From the IMG/VR virus record IMGVR_UViG_3300023070_000001, positions 13,102 to 77,101 of that record: a stretch of DNA of 64,000 bases; one strand, given 5' to 3'. This stretch comes from a virus. Lineage: Duplodnaviria > Caudoviricetes. Under the pieces are notes generated by a model, which was given only the letters and a program-made list of their open reading frames with translations, was not told where the DNA came from and searched no databases. Below, one piece after another: positions 31,388-41,500 of this stretch (positions are counted from its first letter, which is position 1; each line of letters opens with the position of its first letter). A program made the position numbers and the translations under genes.

Positions 31388-32851
31388 CTACAGACCACCA
31401 AAGACGGTATCAGGTGATAGAAGGAAGTTACCTACACTATTTCCAGTACTTCTTCTATCTGTAGAAAAGAAGCTAGTTGCGTAATCTACACTAACATCAA
31501 TTCTATTAGATTTCTCACCATCACGATTCTTTACTACCTGCATAATCAAATCAGTGTAACGAGAGTCCACACCCTCTGGCTCAAGTAGAGAAATTACAAC
31601 ATCAGATGATGAGGTAGCCTCAGAGGTTTCTGCAAGAGCTGATGAATTATAACTACCAGCCTTCTGAGCTTCCTTCCATGAATCACGATTAACCTGCCAA
31701 GGACTCACTACAGGAATACCACGACCATCATCAAATGTAGTAGCCATCTGCTTAGCTTCCTGCACAATAGCTGAAAGCTCTTCACGCATACTAGAACGCT
31801 TACGATCTGATCTTAGTAGAGCAAGATAATCTACGATAGCCAAATCTACTTGGAACTCTCGCTGATATCTGAGTAGTTTACCCTCTACTGTACCGATTGT
31901 AGCACCTCTAGGAATCTGAACGATAACTAGTTTACCATAATTAGGATTATCAGATGTATAATCATCTAGGATAGCAGGAAGAATAGCTTCCTCTTCAGGC
32001 TTAAGATATCCCTTACCTCGCTTTAGGTCTCGTGAATTGATTCCTTCATCAAGCCCAAATTGAGGTAACTTACTATGCCTACAGATTAGCTTACGCCTTA
32101 CCTGCGGGCGTAGTGTCTCTGAGGTGCAGATAACTACATTCTTTCCTTGCATGATAGCTGCGTGCCAAGCTAATTGAATAGTTGCAAGGCTAGTCTTACC
32201 AGATGATGAATAGCCTACTACTAGATCCAGTTCACCATTCTGTAAACCTCCACCAAGCTTATCATCTAGTTCAGGAATACCAAACTTGATACCACCGAAT
32301 GTCCTAGCTGATAAGTACTCTTGCATAATCTCTTCAGCCTCAGTACGTGAATCACCCTCAGGAGATTCTTGCATACTGAGGTCTCTATCGATTTCAGCAA
32401 ACTTAGTGAGGATATGTTTACGTGCATCATCGTGCCCGAATAAATCCTCACCTCTAGAGTCTTTAGCTCCACGGTTAAGGATTTCCATACCCTCAGTAAT
32501 TGCCTGAGCAGTATCCTGAGCAGCAGCTAATTCCTTAAGCTGCTCGACACTCCACTTAAAATCAGATTCATCTACCTCTGATGCAGCAAGTACATCATAA
32601 GTAGTCTCATATAGAGCAATCTTACCTGCATCTACATTCCTCTTACTAAGCTGCTCAATCAATGCATTCTTAGTAAGTACACCACCAGCAGTTTCTAGGT
32701 AGCGCTCCATAAGCATGTAAAGAGCTTTATACTGAGGATCAGGGAAATGATCTACAGTAAGCTGAATCAAAGCCTTATTGAGAAGGTCTAGACGCTTAGG
32801 AAGAATTGCTCCAAGTACTACCTTACTATGCTCTAACGAGGTACGAGCCAT
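31388..32851 (-). CDS. dnaB: DnaB-like replicative helicase
   Basis: VGYSSSGKT, AIVDYLALL, PWQVNR, VVKNRDG. Confidence 0.92.
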   Translation of the reverse strand: MARTSLEHSKVVLGAILPKRLDLLNKALIQLTVDHFPDPQYKALYMLMERYLETAGGVLTKNALIEQLSKRNVDAGKIALYETTYDVLAASEVDESDFKWSVEQLKELAAAQDTAQAITEGMEILNRGAKDSRGEDLFGHDDARKHILTKFAEIDRDLSMQESPEGDSRTEAEEIMQEYLSARTFGGIKFGIPELDDKLGGGLQNGELDLVVGYSSSGKTSLATIQLAWHAAIMQGKNVVICTSETLRPQVRRKLICRHSKLPQFGLDEGINSRDLKRGKGYLKPEEEAILPAILDDYTSDNPNYGKLVIVQIPRGATIGTVEGKLLRYQREFQVDLAIVDYLALLRSDRKRSSMREELSAIVQEAKQMATTFDDGRGIPVVSPWQVNRDSWKEAQKAGSYNSSALAETSEATSSSDVVISLLEPEGVDSRYTDLIMQVVKNRDGEKSNRIDVSVDYATSFFSTDRRSTGNSVGNFLLSPDTVFGGL

Positions 32852-33147
32852 TAACTTCCTTTCTTAACGAATGCCTTAAGGATATCACTCTCATTAATAA
32901 AATGAGTTTTAGTTATAGGCAATCCAACCTCAAGGACAATCTCACCTCGACATGTTGGTGTGGTAGATACCACAACACCCATACCCGCTACTGTATCACC
33001 TTCGACAAGATCCTGCACCTCTACCTCACGCCACTCCCTTGTCACACCTGTACGATCTAAGTCAACCTTAGGACGAGAGAGGTCAGGCTTTACTGTCTTA
33101 TTCCTAAATCCTGCTGGCATTGAAACCTCCTGTAGATCCATGCCCAC
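32851..33147 (-). CDS. Hypothetical protein
   Basis: ORF track. Confidence 0.55.
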   Translation of the reverse strand: MGMDLQEVSMPAGFRNKTVKPDLSRPKVDLDRTGVTREWREVEVQDLVEGDTVAGMGVVVSTTPTCRGEIVLEVGLPITKTHFINESDILKAFVKKGS

Positions 33148-33556
33148 CTAAACCACGAACAGATTCATTTAATTCGTCTACCTCTTCAAAGTCAGCGATA
33201 CCGACTTCTTGAAAGATAATCTGAGCAATTCTATCGTGAATGCAGAATGAGTATGGTGTTACGTTAGTGTTATGTAAATTGATTTTAATTTCTCCACGGA
33301 ATCCTGCATCGATAGTCCCCGGAGAGTTCAATACAGTCACACCTAGCTTAGCTGCTAGTCCAGACCTAGGATGAATAAGACCAACCCAGCCATAGGGAAT
33401 TTCAATGGCAATTCCTGTAGAAATTAGCCTTTGCTCTCCTGGTTCTAATACTCCATACTCGATAGAGTAAATATCTGCACCGGCATCTCCATACTTAGAG
33501 TATGTAGGAATTTTGGCTAAATCATGTAGCCTTTTAATTTTAATAGGTAGTGACAC
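33104..33556 (-). CDS. dut: Trimeric dUTPase
   Basis: AGADI, PRSGLA, GTIDAGFRGE, RIAQII, RGLGGHGSTG. Confidence 0.96.
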   Translation of the reverse strand: MSLPIKIKRLHDLAKIPTYSKYGDAGADIYSIEYGVLEPGEQRLISTGIAIEIPYGWVGLIHPRSGLAAKLGVTVLNSPGTIDAGFRGEIKINLHNTNVTPYSFCIHDRIAQIIFQEVGIADFEEVDELNESVRGLGGHGSTGGFNASRI

Positions 33557-34285
33557 TTATCCTCTTTCTACTGCTGCGTATAATAATGCTTCTTTAACTG
33601 AAGAGACTGCTGATGCATGGAGTTGAGAAATCTTAGCTTCAGCTAAATCAAGTTCCTCTGAAATCTTCCTAAAATCTAATCTACTGTAGTAATGTAATAC
33701 CAATACAAGCTGCTCAGCCATTGGAAGATTGCGGACAGTGTCAATGAAAATATCTGTCATCTCTCTTGCAAAGACTGAGCCCTCTGTATCGATTTCATCC
33801 TTTACTTGATTCTCATTAGAGTTACCTGGTTCATATCCTGATCCAGATGTATTAAGGTGTGCATCTAAGCTAACTGGCCTGGCAGCTAATCTAGCATTAA
33901 CCTTATTGATTTCAGATACAGTCATCTCAGTACGTTCAGCAAGTACCTCTACAGGTACTCCCTCATCCTGACCTGCCTCTTTTAGTTTCTTAGATTTGCT
34001 TCTCAGAGTTCTAGTAGCCCAATCATCTGAGCGGATACTATCCCTGATAGTACCACGAATCCTCAAGCTAGCAAAGACCTTAAAGTACTGCACAGCACTA
34101 GGCTCATATCCTTTACGTTCACAATATGATTCCCAGCGATTAGCCGCATCAGTAAGCCCTAAATAAGCTAATCCTAGCATGTCATCTTTATCTAATGCAT
34201 GGGTAGCAGTGCGCCACTCTCGCAGCGCAATCTGTTTAGCCAAACTAAGATGCTCTAGGATCAGAGTATCTTTATCGTAATTCAC
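33557..34285 (-). CDS. FliA/WhiG-family (sigma-28) RNA polymerase sigma factor
   Basis: AYLGLTDAA, FASLRIRGTIRDSIRSDDWATRTLR, region-4 LVLVLHYY...ISQLHASA. Confidence 0.92.
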   Translation of the reverse strand: MNYDKDTLILEHLSLAKQIALREWRTATHALDKDDMLGLAYLGLTDAANRWESYCERKGYEPSAVQYFKVFASLRIRGTIRDSIRSDDWATRTLRSKSKKLKEAGQDEGVPVEVLAERTEMTVSEINKVNARLAARPVSLDAHLNTSGSGYEPGNSNENQVKDEIDTEGSVFAREMTDIFIDTVRNLPMAEQLVLVLHYYSRLDFRKISEELDLAEAKISQLHASAVSSVKEALLYAAVERG

Positions 34286-35889
34286 CTACTACTACCCCCG
34301 ATCATTTGAAGCAATTCAAGTGGAGATAGTGCAGCAAACAATTCACTACGAGAATCCCAGATATGATCAATAAGGGCCTGCTCACGCTCAAGAGCAGGAA
34401 GATAACCTTCCTCCTGCGTACCTATAGTAAGAAGGTTATGAACGTAAACTGACTTATGAGCTGAGCCATCTCGCCTTACACGCCCGGCTAGCTGTTCCAT
34501 TCTTGAAGGATTCATAATCATATCCACATTTACTAGATGCCTAGCAATCTGTAGGTTTAGTGACTGCTCAATTGAGGTTGTACCAATCAATACTCTACAA
34601 TCAGGGTTCTGCCAGAATTCTTGCTGTGCCGCATAGCGCTCAGCATTATTCTTATTCTCTCCCCAAATAGTAACGTATTGAACTCCCGCCCTATCTAGCC
34701 TTGCCTGAAGAGCACGAACATTATTTCTAAAATTGATAAAGGTTACTACTTTATCTTCACTAAGGTCACCATCTACTAGTTTATCCTCAAGCCAATCCAG
34801 CTTAACTGATGTTCTTGGCCTATCAGCCTCACCTAATGCTGCAAGTCCTCCACAGATTTGTGCTCCGTAAATGAATTTAGCAATAGCTGTAGCTCTTTTG
34901 ACCTCTGTACCCTCAGCCTTAATAATCCTCAATACACCGGCTTTTAGGTCATTATACTTTTCCATCTGTAATGGATAAGGATCAAGAAATACGTTAGTAG
35001 AAATTACAGCAGGTAGATCAACGTCATCAATGTCTGCTGCTGTACGCCTTAGAGTTAAGTGAGCAATCTTTTCCTTGAACTCATCAAGATGTCTATAACC
35101 TACTACACGCTTACTAGTAATCATCTTACCATTAGATGTTTCAGTTACAGTTTGCTTATCCAGGTATCTTCTCTCAAAGGAGATGGGTGAGCCTAAGATA
35201 TCTCTAATATTGAGAGGTTGCAGTACGTGATAAAGGTCATTCAGCCTTTTCTGAAGAGGCGTTCCTGTAAGAATAGGAATACGTGCACTCTTACGGGTAA
35301 TTCTATTGATCGCATATGATGTTGCAGTATCTCCATTACGGAGAGGATCAACATCATCAATAAATACAGCACGGAAATTAAAGGCAAGTTCTAGTGCCTC
35401 TAAATCATTGATAAGCATCTGATAGCTAATGACGCAGATATTCCAATCTGCCGCTAAGTACTTATCAATACGCTTCTTCTTAGGACCATCACCTACAATT
35501 ACCTTTACGTCCTTGAGAAGCCTATTTAGCTGATCTTCCCACTGAGGTACGGCAGCAGGTCTACAGATTACTAATACTTTATCCTCTTCAAGCTCACCGG
35601 CCTCTTTCATAATAGCGAGCATTCCAGCGGCTTGAATAGTCTTTCCTGTTCCGACAGAATCAGCTAGCAATCCTTTTTCAGCTAAGAATAGCCAGGCTAC
35701 CCCCACTCGCTGATGAGCGCGAAAAATAACCCCGCACTGTTGGCAGGCAGGGTTTGGGACCTCATGGTTAGCACAAGGATCACTATTAAAGTATTTTAAA
35801 TCTGGTAGCTTTACGTCTTTTAGTGTTCTAACTCTATTGGCTGCGGCTGCCTTTTTTGCCGCTGGCAGCTTACTAGCCTCAAACAGCAC
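34282..35889 (-). CDS. SNF2-family helicase
   Basis: ADSVGTGKT, LTGTPLQ, QSLNLQ, QLAGRVRRDG. Confidence 0.9.
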   Translation of the reverse strand: MLFEASKLPAAKKAAAANRVRTLKDVKLPDLKYFNSDPCANHEVPNPACQQCGVIFRAHQRVGVAWLFLAEKGLLADSVGTGKTIQAAGMLAIMKEAGELEEDKVLVICRPAAVPQWEDQLNRLLKDVKVIVGDGPKKKRIDKYLAADWNICVISYQMLINDLEALELAFNFRAVFIDDVDPLRNGDTATSYAINRITRKSARIPILTGTPLQKRLNDLYHVLQPLNIRDILGSPISFERRYLDKQTVTETSNGKMITSKRVVGYRHLDEFKEKIAHLTLRRTAADIDDVDLPAVISTNVFLDPYPLQMEKYNDLKAGVLRIIKAEGTEVKRATAIAKFIYGAQICGGLAALGEADRPRTSVKLDWLEDKLVDGDLSEDKVVTFINFRNNVRALQARLDRAGVQYVTIWGENKNNAERYAAQQEFWQNPDCRVLIGTTSIEQSLNLQIARHLVNVDMIMNPSRMEQLAGRVRRDGSAHKSVYVHNLLTIGTQEEGYLPALEREQALIDHIWDSRSELFAALSPLELLQMIGGSSR

Positions 35890-35897
35890 GCTTACTC

Positions 35898-36068
35898 CTA
35901 AAGTTTAGTTCGCTTGTTTTTCTTAGTGGAAATCGAACGAGCCGACTCCACTACCTGCACGACGTAGATCACGTCTTCTTGGAATGCCAAGTATGCATCT
36001 TCTAAGAGTGTAGCATACCTGTCCCAGTTAGGGGAAGCGGCAGGTGAATGTAGGAGTCGGCTCGTCAA
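35898..36068 (-). CDS. Possible 56-aa protein overlapping a highly structured RNA
   Basis: TTG after AGAGGA; MTSRLLHSPAASPNWDRYATLLEDAYLAF... Confidence 0.4.
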   Translation of the reverse strand: MTSRLLHSPAASPNWDRYATLLEDAYLAFQEDVIYVVQVVESARSISTKKNKRTKL

Positions 36069-36076
36069 ATTATCCT

Positions 36077-36406
36077 CTACTTTTCGTAAGTGTCAGGTAC
36101 CAACTTAGGTGCTGCCTCTGTCTGGTTATTGTCAAGGGCCTTTAGGGCATCCTTACCAACAGATCCAACTGAACCTACTAGAATACCTAGAACAGTCTGT
36201 GTCAATAGTCCCATCTGGTCTAGAGACATGTTTGCAAAGCTGACTGCTGAAGCGAAGTCTACGTGAGCAGTTAGGTATACAGCCACAATTCCAAGTACCC
36301 AAGCTAGTAGCTGAGTAACAATTGCACTTGTATCCTTACCACGTAGCTGACGTACAAAGTCAACAAACTTCTTTACTACAGCAGCAATAAGAGCTAGGGT
36401 TCCCAT
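36077..36406 (-). CDS. Putative holin
   Basis: 109 aa, 2-3 TM segments, charged C-terminus; downstream of tail genes. Confidence 0.65.
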   Translation of the reverse strand: MGTLALIAAVVKKFVDFVRQLRGKDTSAIVTQLLAWVLGIVAVYLTAHVDFASAVSFANMSLDQMGLLTQTVLGILVGSVGSVGKDALKALDNNQTEAAPKLVPDTYEK

Positions 36407-36423
36407 TTCTTTCCTCCTTGTGG

Positions 36424-36479
36424 AGATAAGTAAAACAGTTACTTATCTTAAGTATAATTGATCTTGTTACTTTAGTCAA
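36424..36479 (-). promoter_or_regulatory. SigA-type promoter plus 10-bp leader hairpin upstream of the holin
   Basis: TTGACT-N17-TATACT; AGATAAGTAA/TTACTTATCT. Confidence 0.7.
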
Positions 36480-37557
36480 TTTTTCTGACTAACATAAATG
36501 AATTGGCTCTTAATGTAGTTACCGCAGCATTAGATGTGTTCTGTGCCCACTTCAATTGGAAATTACCTGCTGTTGCACCATTAAGGACAATAATTGTTTC
36601 TTTCGCTCCACTCCATGAAGTATCTGAGAATACTCCGAATGCTGGTTCTGAGGCTGGTACGTGAATACTAGTTCTCATTGTTACGTTAGAGTTAGATGTT
36701 GCAGCTACATCAGGACCAAGAGACCAACGATAAACCGTAGATCCAGCAGGTGCATTCCAAGCAAGTTTAAAGTCTCCTGCTGTTCCTGAGATCATCATAT
36801 AGAATTCGATAAGATAGTTAGTGTTTGCTGCTAATGCTACAACCATATCTGGATCTACTGAAGTTGTAGCAGTAGATGTCCTTGTTGCATCAGTAGTTTT
36901 TCGAATTACCTGGGTGTAGCCTTTACCTGTCCCTGAAATATCTCCTACGACATTTAAATCGGTAACTACGTCTCCACCAAGGTTTAAATCGCCTGCCACA
37001 TCTAAATCATTTACACTCGTAGCACCAGTTACATCAAGAGTACTACCTAGTGATAGACCTGCCCCCGCTAGAGCTAGCTGAGCTGTTGTAGGGCGGTACA
37101 AGTGCACCTCTGGTAGAGCGTTACCAGGTCCGAACTTGATTCCATCATGATCAAGCTGCATACGTGATTGAGTATCTGCTGCCTGCCTAAATCTTAATAG
37201 AGTAGGTTGTGCTGCAATTGTAGCTACAACAACATCGATTACTGAGTTAGGTACTAAAGTTCCGATACCAATCTTCTTAGCGGTATCCATAAGAATATCT
37301 CCTACGAATGCCGCACCAGCAGATAGAATCTGGGTCCATACACCAGCCTTGTTATAGCTTACTTTACCAGTATCAGTATTGTACCTACCCATACCATTGA
37401 ATGTAGTTGATGGTGGAGTAGATTCCAGAGCAGGAACAAACCCCATAGTAGCATCTATCTTCTCTAAGTTGTCGTTTAGATCCGTAGCTACATTGATTGG
37501 TTCACTACCATCATCTGCTGGTAAGTAAAGTCCCACTCTGGGGGTTGTTCCTGACAT
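36472..37557 (-). CDS. Minor tail/fibre protein
   Basis: TTPRVGLYLP...DLNDNLEKID N-terminus; C-terminal domain paralogous to 43122-43937. Confidence 0.75.
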   Translation of the reverse strand: MSGTTPRVGLYLPADDGSEPINVATDLNDNLEKIDATMGFVPALESTPPSTTFNGMGRYNTDTGKVSYNKAGVWTQILSAGAAFVGDILMDTAKKIGIGTLVPNSVIDVVVATIAAQPTLLRFRQAADTQSRMQLDHDGIKFGPGNALPEVHLYRPTTAQLALAGAGLSLGSTLDVTGATSVNDLDVAGDLNLGGDVVTDLNVVGDISGTGKGYTQVIRKTTDATRTSTATTSVDPDMVVALAANTNYLIEFYMMISGTAGDFKLAWNAPAGSTVYRWSLGPDVAATSNSNVTMRTSIHVPASEPAFGVFSDTSWSGAKETIIVLNGATAGNFQLKWAQNTSNAAVTTLRANSFMLVRKID

Positions 37558-37611
37558 CTGTACCTCCTAGGTTACACGTTAAGTCTTACTACTAAATCGG
37601 TACTCTCTCCA

Positions 37612-37638
37612 CTCAGATCCAAGTGTAGGTAAGTATCT
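37612..37638. repeat. Intergenic copy of CTCAGATCCAAGTGTAGGTAAGTAT(CT)
   Basis: 25-bp identity to 22393-22417. Confidence 0.85.
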
Positions 37639-37643
37639 GTCCC

Positions 37644-38558
37644 TTAGAACATCGCTCTCAAGACATCATGCTGATCTGTAATAATTGCATCTACACCAGC
37701 GTTGTTAAGAGCAGTCCATTTTGCAGGAACATCATCAGCAGCATTATTAGTAGTCCAAGTAAATACCTGAAGACCGTATGCGTGATAGTAATTGACAAAG
37801 TTAGTATTAACAGCAGGCCAGTTTACAGTAATTCCTGAAGCTCCCATAGCTTGAATTGATTCTCCTGTGCGCATAGTTCCTGATGCAGGAGTCTCAAACA
37901 AGTAATAAGTTAGGTTATTGTAACCATAGCTCTTCATAGCTGCAATACTTGCGGCAGTTCCCTGCCAGATAACCTTGGACTCATACCCGAAGCTAGTGAT
38001 ATAGTAGTACAGGTTCTCTGCCTGCTCCTGTGTGGGAGTTTCCTTAATGTCCATGAGTAATTTGATATTATCTACTGAAGCAGCATTAAAGAATTCCCAA
38101 CCATAAGGTGGGTGAACCTTAGCTTTTACATCGCCACCATCACCTACATAGGTACCATGGTACTGAGGATATACCCAAGTACCATTAGCATTCTTATCAT
38201 CCCACTGATCATAATCAGCAGCATCTAAATCATTGATAGGTCCAAGCCAATAACTATTCAGTAGACCTGTTCCATTAGTAGTAGGATCTACCTCTGCATT
38301 GTGCATAGCGATAGGCATATTAGACCTGTTCCATCTAATATCAATCTCTACCCAGGTAGCGCCTAATGACGCTGCCTTATCAATTCCCTGAATAGTATTT
38401 TCAGGTGCATCACCCTTACCTGTAGCGTGAGCAATAGATTCTACAGTAGTAGAGCTTACTGTTACAGGTACCTTAGGCTTAGCGGATACTGGTGCAGCAC
38501 TGAAGAGAGTCATCACTGTAATTGTCGATGCTGCTAGAATACTCTTAAACACTTTCAT
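37644..38558 (-). CDS. Glycerophosphodiester phosphodiesterase with Sec-type signal peptide
   Basis: IAHATG...PENT, WVEIDIR, IAMHN, LMDIK, FTWTTN, AIITD; N-terminus MKVFKSILAA...VSA. Confidence 0.88.
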   Translation of the reverse strand: MKVFKSILAASTITVMTLFSAAPVSAKPKVPVTVSSTTVESIAHATGKGDAPENTIQGIDKAASLGATWVEIDIRWNRSNMPIAMHNAEVDPTTNGTGLLNSYWLGPINDLDAADYDQWDDKNANGTWVYPQYHGTYVGDGGDVKAKVHPPYGWEFFNAASVDNIKLLMDIKETPTQEQAENLYYYITSFGYESKVIWQGTAASIAAMKSYGYNNLTYYLFETPASGTMRTGESIQAMGASGITVNWPAVNTNFVNYYHAYGLQVFTWTTNNAADDVPAKWTALNNAGVDAIITDQHDVLRAMF

Positions 38559-38561
38559 CCT

Positions 38562-41500
38562 TTACTTGACGTATACGATAGTTAGGACAGGCTCGTTAGA
38601 CTGTCCATTACCATTGAATTTACCGTACTGAGTTTTAGAGCCTGAGGTAGGACCCAAGGCAATACCCTTAGCTGCACCAGACTTGAAATCATTTCCAATT
38701 CCAGTACCAAGGCTTACTTTACGCTTTCCAGGCTTAGGCCAGTTAGATGATGAAACTCTTTGCTCATCTACTCTTGAGCCCGACCATGATCCCGGCCTAC
38801 CGGTATAGTTATGTGTACCGATACGAGCGGTTCCTCCATCATTCCAGTACCAATGGTTTGCATACAGTGTAACATAACATGCCTTAATTGTCGCGCCCTT
38901 AGTATCCTTCATAATCTGAGCATAGTTGAATCCACACAATGATCGTGCATCGTTTAGCCATGAATCAGCTCCGGAATCACCTTGTACCATTTGTGATCCA
39001 TGAGATGATGAATAGTCACCGTTTGAACGATAAGTTCCAGACCAGGTAGCTGAATATGTTTTAGTGTATTCAACCTTAGGCTTTGGCTTAGGTGGCTTTG
39101 ATACATTGTTAGTAGGATCTGTAGGCGCTGGTGCATTGTAAACATCAATTCCAGCATCGTTGAGAATTACTGTATCTGTCTTAGGTAGACCTACATCCTC
39201 AACCCAAATCAGGGTAGTGTTTTCTGGCTGGCCAGATCCACCAGGAGGGTTAAGGGTAGCAATACCATTAGTGCAGTAGAATGATACAAGTACTCTATGT
39301 AGCCCTGGTGTGAATGTACCTGAGTAAATAATCTGAGCGCCCTGGTTAGCGGCAGGACCATCAACGCCTGGTGCGATAGCCTGCTGAAGATATGGTAATG
39401 CAAGAGATGGGTCATCTTCACCAGCATCTCTTAAACGCAATACCAATCTATCTGTTGCTACAGTAGATTCCCATTCAGTTACGAAACAGATCATATAAGT
39501 TCTAGATTCCTCAGCGATGAAGCTGATCTCCATGAAACCTCGTTCAATGTTTACACCAGCACCTACATAAGATGCACCGGTATAGCTACCGATTGAGATA
39601 ACTCCCTTAGAGCGAGGGTTGATGATTTCTTCTAGAAGTAATTCTCCTTGAATAGTAATATCATCAGAGATAGTAGCGCTCTGGAATGAACCTCTACCTG
39701 TACCATCAATTCCTGCTAATGTTTGAGTAGGATCTTCTAGATCCTTGATCATTAGGAAGTTACCGTTTTCAGCAGGGTTACCTAGAAGGCTAACAGTAGC
39801 ATCCTCATCCTCTGAGAAGATCCTGAATCCTTCAAAGTTCATTTCAGCGCGAGCACCTGTCTCCGCTGTCTTGATAACACCTGCCAAAATAATAGATGAG
39901 CTGATAGTACCGGCAGTAATCTTTGATGCTGTCAGATCACTGATATGTGCATCATCGATTAGGTTAATAGTAGATGTAACAGCAGGAGATGGGCCAGACT
40001 TGTTTCCAGCCTTATCTACAGCAATTACTCTTACCCAAATATTATCTGTACTTTCCAAATTGAATGTCTGGATTACAGGAGTCCCTGACCTAATCATACC
40101 CTGATCAGCAATAATCTTTCCTACTCTGGTAGATTCATCAGGGTAGAATGATGGGCCACCTACGTGAATTTCTAGGTGAGACATATCAGGAGGTAGGTTG
40201 AACTGTCCTCCATCAAATCTACCTAAGAAGTGCTGCACCTGAATACCTAGTAAACTAGATGCAATTACAGGTGGTGCAGGCATAGGTGGAGCGATCGTAT
40301 CTCTATTGGCTGAAAATGTGTAAATATCTGACCACTCAGAGAAATGCTGAGGTGTTGAAGAATCAACTGCACGAATCTGAACTTCATAATCAACACCAGG
40401 GCTTAGCTCCTGGATTACTGTACTAAGATCATCCCAGCCTACATAAAGTACTTGCCACCCTGAATTAGTAATAGGTGGAATTGTAGGCTGACCCCAAGTG
40501 TAAACCTCATTCCAATCATACTGGTGAGCTTCCTCCCATGTTGCAGGGTAATCAGCACTTACATCAGGACGGTACCTTAATTCAAAGTGGTGACCATCAC
40601 TGATAATAGATCCATCAGTATTGGTAGGAAGTGTCCATGATAATTCAGCCTGAGCGCGGACAGATACTCCATCAGCAGGGTAGTAAACATTACTGAATAC
40701 TGAAACAAATTCAGGAGTCATAGGTACAGTTTTATCACCCGGCGCAGCAGGTACCCAGAATCCATTTGCGTAAGTAAGTACATCACCCTCTACAGGGTTT
40801 GGAATTACTACATCTTTCAATCCTGCTAGAGTAGCCTGCTCAAGTAATACGGCAGCACTAATAGCACTTCCTAGTGTTGTTCCACCAGAAGCGCTTGAAG
40901 GTGACATATTGTCAACTTGAGACTTAAGTCTTTGAGCTAGTAGCTCCATTCGTGATTGTAGAGTTAGTTCTACAGTAGTAATTCCATCGCTAACAACCTG
41001 AACAGCAATCCCGACAACTCTCCACTGACCAACAGTGATGTTATTCTTGGAATCGATATTTTCGATTGAGATCCAATCTCCTACATCGTAATCCTCAAAT
41101 ACTCGCCTACCTGGCTGGTCAGCAGCAACTACTACCTTCCAAGATGTTTTTTCACCCTTTAATTCTTCCAGGGATGAATCAAGTACTAGAGCTAGATTAG
41201 CTACATCATCAGCGTTTCCGGCCTGAATAAATGCCTCACGCCTCTGAAACTTATCGATAGAGTCAGCATCCTCAATGTAAGCATATTCTCCAGCAGCATT
41301 CTTACCAACGATAGAGTTAGCAATCTGGTCTCTACTGCGAGAACGTTCCTTACTGATCTGTGATCCCGCCTCATGAAATACTACATCTTCCTTAGCGAAG
41401 AATACAGGAGGAATAACAATATCACCCTTAGTACGCTGGTAAATCTTCAGCTTGAAATCAGGGTCCATAATCCAGTCAGCCTGCTGGATTTGTGCAAGGT

